A DNA stretch of 64,000 nucleotides from an uncultured Candidatus Saccharibacteria bacterium (lineage in GTDB: Bacteria > Patescibacteriota > Minisyncoccia > UBA6257 > 2-01-FULL-56-20), in contig CAYHZA010000007.1 of the NCBI GenBank assembly GCA_964361095.1, forward strand, positions 3,010 to 67,009, written 5' to 3'. The translations under genes were made by a program, and so were the position numbers. This document shows positions 35,003 to 43,053 of this stretch, piece by piece; position 1 is the first letter of the stretch; each line of letters begins with the position of its first letter. The notes beneath the pieces were generated by a model, which did no database searches, was not told where the DNA came from, and worked only from the letters and a program-made list of their open reading frames with translations.

Positions 35003-36817
35003 ATGGCATCGATTCGAAATATCGCGATTATAGCTCACGTTGACCACGGGAAAACCACTCTTGTGGATGCTTTACTTCGCCAATCAAAAACGAAATTGGG
35101 GAAAAATTTTTCCGGAAGAGATCTTATTATGGACAGCAACGAGTTGGAGCGCGAGCGTGGCATTACGATTTTTTCAAAAAATGCTTCGATTAAGTGGAAT
35201 GACGTGAAAATAAATATTATCGATACTCCCGGACATGCCGATTTCGGCGGAGAGGTGGAGCGTGTGCTTACGATGGCGGACGGTTGCCTCCTTCTCGTTG
35301 ACGCGAAAGAAGGTCCGATGCCGCAGACGCGCTTTGTATTGAAGCGGGCTCTTGAGCGGCATCATAAGATTATCGTAGTGGTGAACAAGATCGATAAACC
35401 CGATGCCCGGCCCAAGTATGTACTCGATAAGACTTTTGATCTTTTCTTGGAGCTTGGGGCTCCGGATCATCTTGCCGATTTTCCCGTAGTTTATGCTTCG
35501 GCAAAAAACGGTAAAGCAGGTCTTACGGCTGATCTTCACTCAATGACCGACATAACACCCATATTTGACGCGATCGTGGAACATGTTCCCGCGCCGACCG
35601 GTGACCCCGAAAAATCGTTACAGATGCTTGTTACAACCATTAGCGGAGATGATTTCAAGGGACGGATCGCGACGGGAAGAGTTTATAACGGAATCTTGCG
35701 GGCGGGTTCGGAAGTGGCGCACATATCAAGGACCGGCGCGATAAAAAAATATCGACTGGTATCGGTTATGACATTCGAGGGATTAGAACGTATAGATACG
35801 AAAGAGGTTTACGCGGGGGATATCGCCGCGTTTTCTGGGATTCCGGATATCACGATCGGAGAAACAATCGCCGATCCCGCCGCTCCCTTGGCGTTGCCGC
35901 TTCTTGCTATAGAAGAACCGACCGTTAAAATGAATTTTGCCGTTAATAATTCTCCTTTCGCGGGTAAAGACGGTGTTTACACGACGTCTCGGCAAATTCG
36001 CGAACGATTACACAAAGAGCTGGAATCGGACGCGGCATTACAAATAGAAGATGCCCAGAGCGGCGAGTGGATTGTATCGGGTCGTGGTGAATTACATCTC
36101 GCGATTTTTATAGAGCGATTACGGCGTGAAGGATATGAATTTCAGGTTTCTCGTCCGCAGGTTATTTTAAAGGAAGTGAACGGGAAGCGTCACGCTCCGT
36201 TTGATCAGGTTTTTATTGAAGTTCCCGAGGCATATGCCGGAGCGGTAATTCAGAAATTAGGTGGTAGACAAGGTGAATTGCGTGAGATGCAAACCGAGGG
36301 AGGCATTACGTATATGGAATTCGTGATACCGACGAGAGGACTTTTCGGATATCGCAACGAATTTCTTACCGATACGAAGGGATTGGGTATTTTACACAGT
36401 GCTTTTTTTGAATATAAAGCGGATTCGCGAGAGTGGCGTGAACGCGAACAAGGCTCGCTTATTGCCCACGAAACTGGCATCACGCGGTTGTATGGACTTT
36501 TGAATGTTCAAGATAGGGGAGTTCTTTTTGTGGGACCGGGAGTTTCCGTGTACAAGGGGCAAGTTGTCGGTCAGCATGCCCGCAATAATGATCTTACAGT
36601 CAATGTATGCAGAGAAAAAGAACTTTCAAATATGCGTTCGAAAAACGACGGTTCAGCCGATCATTTTGATACGCCAAAAACAATGGGGCTCGAAGAGGCG
36701 CTTGAGTATATTTCCGACGATGAATTAGTAGAAGTAACTCCCAAGAATGTCCGTATTCGTAAGATGGTGCTCGATAAAACCGAAAACCGAAGGAATGCGC
36801 TTGGGATTAAAAGTTAG
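35003..36817 (+). CDS. typA: translational GTPase TypA/BipA
   Basis: IRNIAIIAHVDHGKTTLVD G1 motif, DTPGHADF, NKIDK; about 605 aa. Confidence 0.9.
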   Translation: MASIRNIAIIAHVDHGKTTLVDALLRQSKTKLGKNFSGRDLIMDSNELERERGITIFSKNASIKWNDVKINIIDTPGHADFGGEVERVLTMADGCLLLVDAKEGPMPQTRFVLKRALERHHKIIVVVNKIDKPDARPKYVLDKTFDLFLELGAPDHLADFPVVYASAKNGKAGLTADLHSMTDITPIFDAIVEHVPAPTGDPEKSLQMLVTTISGDDFKGRIATGRVYNGILRAGSEVAHISRTGAIKKYRLVSVMTFEGLERIDTKEVYAGDIAAFSGIPDITIGETIADPAAPLALPLLAIEEPTVKMNFAVNNSPFAGKDGVYTTSRQIRERLHKELESDAALQIEDAQSGEWIVSGRGELHLAIFIERLRREGYEFQVSRPQVILKEVNGKRHAPFDQVFIEVPEAYAGAVIQKLGGRQGELREMQTEGGITYMEFVIPTRGLFGYRNEFLTDTKGLGILHSAFFEYKADSREWREREQGSLIAHETGITRLYGLLNVQDRGVLFVGPGVSVYKGQVVGQHARNNDLTVNVCREKELSNMRSKNDGSADHFDTPKTMGLEEALEYISDDELVEVTPKNVRIRKMVLDKTENRRNALGIKS

Positions 36818-36906
36818 CCACTTCGTTTTGTTGCAAAATTTAGGGTCTTTGCTACTCTAAAAGTAGCAGTTTCGGTATTAACGTTTTTGGGGAACCGTGG
36901 AGGCGT

Positions 36907-37175
36907 GTATGATTCGTTGTGCTTGCGCGCGGTCAAACAATCTGGGAGATTGTATCGAAAACGTTCGGCGAAAGTTTCCCGACGGTCAGATGTTCGTGTT
37001 CAGTCCTCGGCGTTCCGAAGAGCGGGGGCCATGTTCGGAGTGTCTCTGTAATCCCGGCAGGCGACATCACTTGGGTTGCCCAAGGGAGCGTTGTCCGCGT
37101 TGCGGAAATTTCGAATCAGGATGTCATTGTCGCAGTATGCGAGTTGATGCCCGTGAAGAGCGAGTTACCGCCTAA
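36907..37175 (+). CDS. hypothetical Cys-rich small protein on a GC-rich, SD-led island
   Basis: GGAGG 5 nt before ATG; 14 Cys in 89 aa (CxC, CSECLC, CPRERCPRCG, CHC); perfect terminator follows; an alternative +1-frame ORF (36919-37302) cannot be excluded. Confidence 0.3.
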
Positions 37176-37199
37176 CTCTTTTCGCTTTTTTAATCAAAA

Positions 37200-37224
37200 C
37201 AAAAGGAGCTTCGGCTCCTTTTTT
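37200..37224 (+). terminator. intrinsic terminator
   Basis: aaaaggagcttcggctcctttttt. Confidence 0.8.
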
Positions 37225-37298
37225 GCCGGTTCTTCCGCATATTTTCGAACGGAAACCTTCTTATTATCTTTTTGGGTGCTGGGGTTTATACTTAAAGA

Positions 37299-37991
37299 AT
37301 GAAAAAAAGAAAAGTCGCCATATTCGATATTGACGGCACCATCTTCAGGTCAAGCCTTCTTATCGAGCTTGTGGATGCCTTAATCATGGAAGGAGTATTT
37401 CCGAGTAAGACCAGAAAATTTTATGTTCGGGCGCATAAGGATTGGCTTGATCGAAAAGATTCGTACGAAAAATATATCGGAGCCGTAATACGGGCTTCCG
37501 ACAGAAATATCAAAGGCGTTTCCCGTAAAGATTTCTTGCGCGTTGCGCGAAAAGTGGTCGCATTCCACAAGAACAGGGTTTACCGGTACACGAGGGATTT
37601 GATCAGGGATTTGCGGAAAAAAAAGTATTATCTTCTCGCTATCTCGCATTCGCCGAAATATATCGTTGAGGAATTTGCCAAACATCTCGGTTTTGATAAA
37701 GTATACGGGCGCCTGATGGAAATCGACGATTCGGGGCGTTTTACGGGGAAGTTTTTGCATTTGGATCTGATTAAGGACAAAGCAAAGGTGGTGCGCCGCG
37801 CCGTTCTTAAGGAAAATCTGACTCTTAAAGATTCCGTGGGCGTTGGGGATACCGAATCCGATGTTTCCTTCCTTAATCTCGTGGACCGGCCGATTTGTTT
37901 TAATCCCAATTCAATATTGTATGCGCGCGCGAAGCGCAAGGGATGGGAAGTTGTCGTTGAACGGAAAGATGTTATATATAAACTGGAGTAA
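37299..37991 (+). CDS. HAD-superfamily hydrolase (subfamily IB-like)
   Basis: N-terminal DxDGT motif (VAIFDIDGTIF), later GVGDTESD motif. Confidence 0.7.
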   Translation: MKKRKVAIFDIDGTIFRSSLLIELVDALIMEGVFPSKTRKFYVRAHKDWLDRKDSYEKYIGAVIRASDRNIKGVSRKDFLRVARKVVAFHKNRVYRYTRDLIRDLRKKKYYLLAISHSPKYIVEEFAKHLGFDKVYGRLMEIDDSGRFTGKFLHLDLIKDKAKVVRRAVLKENLTLKDSVGVGDTESDVSFLNLVDRPICFNPNSILYARAKRKGWEVVVERKDVIYKLE

Positions 37992-38060
37992 TCGCGAATA
38001 TACAAATTATAATGTAATATACGAATAAAATTCGACGTGGCAATAAAGATTTGTATATTC

Positions 38061-38429
38061 ATGAATACTCCTATGATCACATTTGACGATTTTCAAAAAA
38101 TAGAACTTCGCGTGGCGAAAGTGCTTTCCGCGGAGCGCGTAGAAGGATCGGAAAAGCTTATAAAGCTTCGGGTTGATCTGGGAGAGGCAAACCTGCCTAT
38201 CGGACAGGCGGGCCTGCCTGTCGGCAGGCAGGTTGTTGCCGGTATTGGGAAGGCATACGAGCCCGAGGCGCTTGTGGGGAGACTTATTGTTGTCGTCGCG
38301 AATCTTGAGCCGCGGATGCTCTTGGGCGAGGAGAGCGAGGGGATGCTTCTTGCGGCGACGAACGAAAACGGTGAACCCGTTATTCTAACGGTAGAAAAAG
38401 ATGTTCCGCCGGGGAGTGGCATACGATAA
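38061..38429 (+). CDS. tRNA-binding domain protein (CsaA/Trbp111/MetRS C-terminal-like)
   Basis: FDDFQKIELRVAKVLSAERVEGSEKLIKLRVDLGE...LIVVVANLEPRMLLGEESEGMLL; internal 18-nt tandem duplication (LPIGQAGLPVGRQ); start could be 38037, 38061 or 38073. Confidence 0.7.
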   Translation: MNTPMITFDDFQKIELRVAKVLSAERVEGSEKLIKLRVDLGEANLPIGQAGLPVGRQVVAGIGKAYEPEALVGRLIVVVANLEPRMLLGEESEGMLLAATNENGEPVILTVEKDVPPGSGIR

Positions 38430-38544
38430 GGGCTCCAGCTTTTAGTTTTTGAGAACCGCGGTTCGCTCGCTCCTGCGGCGAGCGCCCGCTTCCTCTTCGG
38501 CACTAAAATCCGCCCATGGCGGAGCCAAGCTTTTAGTGCCTCCG

Positions 38545-38610
38545 AGAGTCCCGACGTACTTTTTATAAAAAACGAAGTCGGGATCCCGACTTTACGTCGG
38601 GACTTCTTTC
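38545..38610. repeat. multi-arm palindromic cluster built from GTCGGGA/TCCCGAC
   Basis: Outer IR gtcccgacgta...tacgtcgggac enclosing the perfect palindrome aagtcgggatcccgactt. Confidence 0.6.
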
Positions 38611-38751
38611 AAGAAGAAAACTTACGCTTTGTTGCTTAAGGTAGCTTGTCCAAAGGCAAGCTTTTTGATATTTCTTTAGATTTGACTTTCTGTAAAAACT
38701 ATGTTATAGTTTCTCTGTTCTTTGACAATGAATTTTTGAGGTTTTTACTCA

Positions 38752-38812
38752 TATGAGACGAGCGTTTAGAATGCTATATTGAGCATAGCTTTTTAAACAC
38801 TCGTCTCATACC
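38752..38812. repeat. 15-bp inverted repeat atgagacgagcgttt / aaacactcgtctcat with a nested atgct...agcat hairpin
   Basis: Reverse-complement arms with one mismatch, 31-nt spacer. Confidence 0.55.
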
Positions 38813-38873
38813 GAGACGGGACTGCGTCGCGCCAGTTGCGCGATAAATTCCTATATACCACAGGAGGTATGCG

Positions 38874-39650
38874 ATGGGATCTTCAATCGTGAGCCGTACC
38901 CTGTCGGTGCACAAGGAGCACGAAGTGCTCCTGAAGCTCGAAGCCGCAGGCTTCACCGACGAACTCGCCCAGAGAGTCATCGACTCGAAGGGTAACGACC
39001 TTGCCGCGAAAGTGGTGAGGCTCATCACGAACGGTGGCTTCGAACCGACGACGAGCCAGAAGCGCGCCCGTGAGATCATGGGACGCAACATGTTCGGCGT
39101 CGAGGAAGCGATCACGCACTTCGGGGTTACCCCCTCGAGGCAGCAGATCGCCGGCCTTTCGGAGATCCCGTGGAGCGTTGCGACGCTCGAAAGGGCCAAG
39201 GAAACGCACGTCCTCGTCGCGGTGTTCCCTCTCTCGATCCTCGAGATCCGCGGGAAGGTCGCGACACAGGCCAGCCGCTTGTTCTACGATCAGGACTGGT
39301 ACAACAAGCAGGCCTTCGCCAAGGAGAAGGACGAGACGGAGTGGAAACTCGTTCGCAAGACGCCGGTCGCAAACTCGACCAGCAAGACGTGGCCGGAACA
39401 GCAGGCTCTGCTCGCGACGAACGAGGAGACGCCGACTGCCCGAGTGATGGTCTACACGATCATCGGCCATTTCCTCGCGACGGGCGAACGGCTGTTCAAG
39501 AAGATCTACGTCCGCTGTTCGGATGTGGGTTCGGACGGCTACCGTGTCCGCGTCGGCCACTTCGATTCCGACGGTCTCCACGTCGCCTACCTCTGGGTCG
39601 GCTTCCGCAATGACGACATCGGTGTGTCTGCCGCTCGGAAGTCCGAGTAG
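38874..39650 (+). CDS. hypothetical protein on a strongly GC-rich, SD-led island
   Basis: GGAGG 8 nt before ATG; GC about 60% with GC3 skew against a roughly 47% host; 258 aa, no domain recognised; the minus-strand R-rich ORFs are GC shadows. Confidence 0.55.
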   Translation: MGSSIVSRTLSVHKEHEVLLKLEAAGFTDELAQRVIDSKGNDLAAKVVRLITNGGFEPTTSQKRAREIMGRNMFGVEEAITHFGVTPSRQQIAGLSEIPWSVATLERAKETHVLVAVFPLSILEIRGKVATQASRLFYDQDWYNKQAFAKEKDETEWKLVRKTPVANSTSKTWPEQQALLATNEETPTARVMVYTIIGHFLATGERLFKKIYVRCSDVGSDGYRVRVGHFDSDGLHVAYLWVGFRNDDIGVSAARKSE

Positions 39651-39820
39651 AACCTTGATCCGCCAACTGGCGGACTTGAGGGCTTGACCCTCTTGATCAC
39701 CTTGAGCCTTCGGCGCGAATTTTTTTCGCAGCGCCGGAGGCTCATTTTCTTTTTATAAAATAATTTATTTGTGAATCAATATTGGTTTTGGTTAAACTAA
39801 TGTATAATAGTGCGCATATG

Positions 39821-39836
39821 TTTACCCCGTTAGATC
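39821..39836. promoter_or_regulatory. half-site TTTACCCCGTTAGATC downstream of the extended -10 TGTATAAT (39801-39808)
   Basis: Matches the left arm of the recurrent palindromic element; upstream of tgt. Confidence 0.4.
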
Positions 39837-39906
39837 TTGAAAGTTTTAGCCTTCAGACCAGAGGCGAAAAGAGTTATTCAAGAGAGAAAAATAAAAACCA
39901 CAGAGC

Positions 39907-41109
39907 ATGGATCTAATGGGGTTCGAAATTATTACAAAAGACGGCGAAGCCCGGCTTGGCCGATTGTCTACGCCGCATGGCGTAGTGGAAACTCCCAGTT
40001 ATGTTGTCGTGGGAACTGACGCGCATGTACGCTGTTTAGAACCCGCTGATATTCCCGAGACAAAAACGCAGATGATAATTTCGAACACCTATCATTTGTG
40101 GCGAGATTTAGGAGAAGAAGGTCTCGCAACCTATCCCGGTCTTCACGCGGAAATGGGGTGGGAGGGACCCATAATGACCGATAGCGGGGGATTTCAAGTT
40201 TTTAGCATGGGATATGGGCGAGAGTTTGGGGTTGGAAAGGTAATTCCCAGGGAAGCTCCGAAGTCGATGTTATCAGTCGGCTCTCCGATCGAAGCGTCGG
40301 AGCGCTCTAGGGAAAATCTCGTGCGTGTTACGGATTCGGGTGTTTATTTTATGGAAGGCGGTGAAGAGTTTTATCTTGACCCCGAGCTCTCCATGAGGAT
40401 TCAGGAACAGCTTGGCGCCGATATTATATTCGCCTTCGATGAACCGTCATCGCCCCTTCACGATTATGCGTATACCAAAAAAGCAATGGAGCGAACCCAC
40501 GCGTGGGCTTTGCGCTCGCTCGAAGCGAAAACATCTTCGCAGTTGATATACGGCATTGTCCAAGGCGGGCTCTTCGAAGATTTGCGGCTCGAGAGCGCTC
40601 GTTTTATAAACGCGCTACCATTTGACGGTTTTGCTATCGGAGGGGCCTTCGGGAGTTCGTTCGGTTCGGGGAAAGGAGACACGTTTGAGGCGCTCCGGTG
40701 GGTAACCCCTCTTCTTCCCGAAGGAAAGCCCCGCCATCTCTTGGGCATTGGGAAAATCGAGGATCTTTTTGCTGCCGTTCAACTTGGAATTGACACCTTT
40801 GATTGTGTTATCCCGACGCGAGAGGCCCGACATGGTTCGTTATGGACGGCAAAGGGACGATTTGACGTTGTTCGCGGCCGCCACCAGAACGATAATTCTC
40901 CGCTTGCGGAAGAGTGTGGCTGTTCCGCGTGCGCCGAAGGCGTGCGGAAAGCCGACCTCTACGCGCTCTTTAAAGCAAAAGACCCGCAGGCGGGGCGTTT
41001 TGCTACGATCCACAATGTGTATTTTTTTAACGATTTAATGGAACAGATACGAAATGCGATTCGCGAAGGAAGATTCTTGAATTTCAAAAATTCTTATCTT
41101 TCAAAATAA
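39907..41109 (+). CDS. tgt: queuine tRNA-ribosyltransferase
   Basis: TDSGGFQVFS active-site region; C-terminal Zn site CGCSAC...H; 400 aa. Confidence 0.85.
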   Translation: MDLMGFEIITKDGEARLGRLSTPHGVVETPSYVVVGTDAHVRCLEPADIPETKTQMIISNTYHLWRDLGEEGLATYPGLHAEMGWEGPIMTDSGGFQVFSMGYGREFGVGKVIPREAPKSMLSVGSPIEASERSRENLVRVTDSGVYFMEGGEEFYLDPELSMRIQEQLGADIIFAFDEPSSPLHDYAYTKKAMERTHAWALRSLEAKTSSQLIYGIVQGGLFEDLRLESARFINALPFDGFAIGGAFGSSFGSGKGDTFEALRWVTPLLPEGKPRHLLGIGKIEDLFAAVQLGIDTFDCVIPTREARHGSLWTAKGRFDVVRGRHQNDNSPLAEECGCSACAEGVRKADLYALFKAKDPQAGRFATIHNVYFFNDLMEQIRNAIREGRFLNFKNSYLSK

Positions 41110-41129
41110 TTCGAAATGTTTTGCAGCTC

Positions 41130-41200
41130 TTTACCCCGTTAAAGATAAGATAATACAATTATCTGTCTTGGGGCATCGATGGTCTCTCAGGGGGTTTACA
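41130..41200. promoter_or_regulatory. split element TTTACCCCGTTAAAG ... CTCTCAGGGGGTTTACA, with candidate -10 boxes 14-16 nt downstream
   Basis: Left and right half-sites 40 nt apart; candidate -10 GATAAT (41215-41220) or TAATGT (41217-41222). Confidence 0.4.
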
Positions 41201-41280
41201 AATGTGGTTTTTGTGATAATGTGTATGAAGCAATTTGGGGATGTAGTAAGTAAGGAGCATCTTTTTTGAGGAGGAGTAGG

Positions 41281-41601
41281 ATGGAAAGTAGGGATTTTGA
41301 TCGATTGGCACGAGACGTGGAACGCGGTCATCGATTCGCTTTTCGCCTGAATCCCGATTTGGCTATGGACGACATCGGACTGCTGCTCACGATGCATCAC
41401 CGAGGAGAAATTCGCCTTCGGCGCGATAGCAAAGCGGACCTCGGTCTCGCCGATGTTCACGGCACGTGGACGGGCAAGCGTGAAGGGAAAGGCCACGTGG
41501 CTGTTTTTTTCAAGAAGGGCCGGCGATTTTCTATGGATGCCCTTCTCTCGGTGATCGAGAAGATTCCCGCGATTCAAAAAGTCGTCTCTATAGCCATCTG
41601 A
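41281..41601 (+). CDS. hypothetical protein, SD-led
   Basis: GAGGAGGAG then ATG 41281; 106 aa; followed by a bidirectional terminator. Confidence 0.45.
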   Translation: MESRDFDRLARDVERGHRFAFRLNPDLAMDDIGLLLTMHHRGEIRLRRDSKADLGLADVHGTWTGKREGKGHVAVFFKKGRRFSMDALLSVIEKIPAIQKVVSIAI

Positions 41602-41624
41602 CTCTTTTTCGGAAGGATGCAAAG

Positions 41625-41660
41625 AAAAAGACGCCCAACACTAAGGGCGTCTTCTTTTTA
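41625..41660. terminator. bidirectional intrinsic terminator
   Basis: aaaaagacgcccaacactaagggcgtcttcttttt between convergent genes. Confidence 0.75.
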
Positions 41661-42104
41661 ATTCAACACGACGATTTCCGTGTAGGTAATTCCGACGCGG
41701 AGCGCTCCTTCTTTTGTCGGCATCCAAACATCTACAAAATTGGTCTTTCGGGGGTGCATCCTATCTTCAACGACGAATATCTTATCTCCAAAGAGTTTCG
41801 GTATTTTTACCCGAGTTTTCATAGGGAGCATGTTCGTGGCGATAATACCGTCACGTACTTTGGTTCCCGAGGCGGTAATAAAAGGGGTATCGTCAGTTTC
41901 TTCGGGAGTGCTCGAATAGGCGGTAACCCAGACGGATTGGGTCTTTTGGGTTTCAAGGGCTATCGTTGTTTCGGGATCGGCAAACATATTGCTGTTTTTT
42001 ACCGCCATAAATTGCACAGGGGTGCTCGTCATCATCATTCCTCCCATGGTGGGCGAACTAAAGCCTGAAATGAAGCTTAAAAGAAGCATAAATTGTGTAA
42101 TCAT
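41658..42104 (-). CDS. 3D-domain protein (RlpA/YuiC/MltA-like), probably secreted
   Basis: C-terminal TAYSSTPEETDDTPFITASGTKVRDGIIATN...VKIPKLFGDKIFVVEDRMHPRK...VDVWMP fits the 3D (three-Asp) domain; N-terminal signal/TM. Confidence 0.65.
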   Translation of the reverse strand: MITQFMLLLSFISGFSSPTMGGMMMTSTPVQFMAVKNSNMFADPETTIALETQKTQSVWVTAYSSTPEETDDTPFITASGTKVRDGIIATNMLPMKTRVKIPKLFGDKIFVVEDRMHPRKTNFVDVWMPTKEGALRVGITYTEIVVLN

Positions 42105-42167
42105 TAGTTTTGTGTAGGAAATTACTCAATAAAAAACGCCCCTCTCGGGGTATTCTTTATAGGGGTC

Positions 42168-42196
42168 ATTATAGTCCAGGACAGGGAAATAGTCAA
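42168..42196 (-). promoter_or_regulatory. minus-strand promoter TTGACT-N17-TATAAT for the 3D-domain gene
   Basis: Reverse complement of 42168-42196 reads TTGACTatttccctgtcctggacTATAAT; the -35 abuts the palindromic element. Confidence 0.55.
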
Positions 42197-42226
42197 CCCC
42201 GTTAGAGGCAACGCCTTTAATGGGGT
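42196..42226. promoter_or_regulatory. palindromic element ACCCCGTTAGAG-N7-CTTTAATGGGGT between divergent genes
   Basis: Same family as 13224, 44813 and 62339. Confidence 0.55.
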
Positions 42227-42280
42227 CAAGAAGCCGAGGAAATATGGCAAAAAACCTTTAAAAGCGTACAATAGTAAGAT

Positions 42281-42361
42281 ATGAAAAAAGTTTTACTGCT
42301 CCTTGTGGTTCTGGGGATGATCGCATCCCTCATTTTGCCGCTCTTTGTGGGCGGGTTTTAA
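42281..42361 (+). CDS. possible 26-aa hydrophobic peptide upstream of dedA
   Basis: MKKVLLLLVVLGMIASLILPLFVGGF; 8 nt before the DedA gene. Confidence 0.25.
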   Translation: MKKVLLLLVVLGMIASLILPLFVGGF

Positions 42362-42369
42362 ATACAAAG

Positions 42370-43002
42370 ATGTTTGATTTAGTATCCTTGATCAAGGCCA
42401 TCGGCTATGCCGGTATTTTCGGTATTGTGTTCGCTGAGTCGGGCCTTTTCTTTGGTTTTTTCTTGCCGGGAGATAGTTTACTTTTTACGGCAGGTTTTTT
42501 GGCGTCGCAAGGATTTTTTGATATTACCATACTCGCGTTCACGGCTTTTTTCGCGGCGGTTTTAGGAGACAGTGTTGGGTATGCGTTCGGTTATCGGGTG
42601 GGGCCGAAAATCTTCACGAGGGAGGATTCCTTATTTTTTCACAAAGACCATCTCGAGAGGGCTCGAGTTTTTTACGAGCGTCATGGCGGGAAGACGATCG
42701 TGATCGCGAGGTTCATGCCGTTTGTGCGAACGTTCGCTCCAATTGTCGCGGGTGTCGGAAAAATGCGCTATGGGACATTTCTTTTTTATAATATTTTTGG
42801 AGGAATTATTTGGGGGATTGGTATTACGAGCCTTGGATATTATCTCGGGAATACCATTCCCAATGTCGATCGTTACATTATCCCGATCGTTCTTCTCATT
42901 ATTTTTTCATCGGTTCTTCCCCCGCTTTATCACCTCATGAAAGATAAGCAACAGAGAAAGAGGATCATGGATTATTTCCGTAAAAAAATTTCGAAGGTAT
43001 AA
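42370..43002 (+). CDS. DedA-family (SNARE-associated) membrane protein
   Basis: GYAGIFGIVFAESGLFFGFFLPGDSLLFTAGFLA DedA signature. Confidence 0.8.
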   Translation: MFDLVSLIKAIGYAGIFGIVFAESGLFFGFFLPGDSLLFTAGFLASQGFFDITILAFTAFFAAVLGDSVGYAFGYRVGPKIFTREDSLFFHKDHLERARVFYERHGGKTIVIARFMPFVRTFAPIVAGVGKMRYGTFLFYNIFGGIIWGIGITSLGYYLGNTIPNVDRYIIPIVLLIIFSSVLPPLYHLMKDKQQRKRIMDYFRKKISKV

Positions 43003-43030
43003 AAAAATCCCGCTTGAGCGGGATTTTTTT
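43002..43030. terminator. bidirectional intrinsic terminator
   Basis: aaaaaaatcccgcttgagcgggatttttttt. Confidence 0.8.
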
Positions 43031-43053
43031 TAGGCAATCTGGATTTACGAGCG

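Noticed and set aside
36919-37302. 127-aa +1-frame ORF overlapping the Cys-rich ORF
   Set aside because: It lacks an SD and runs through the terminator hairpin. The SD-led frame is preferred, though both are low-confidence.
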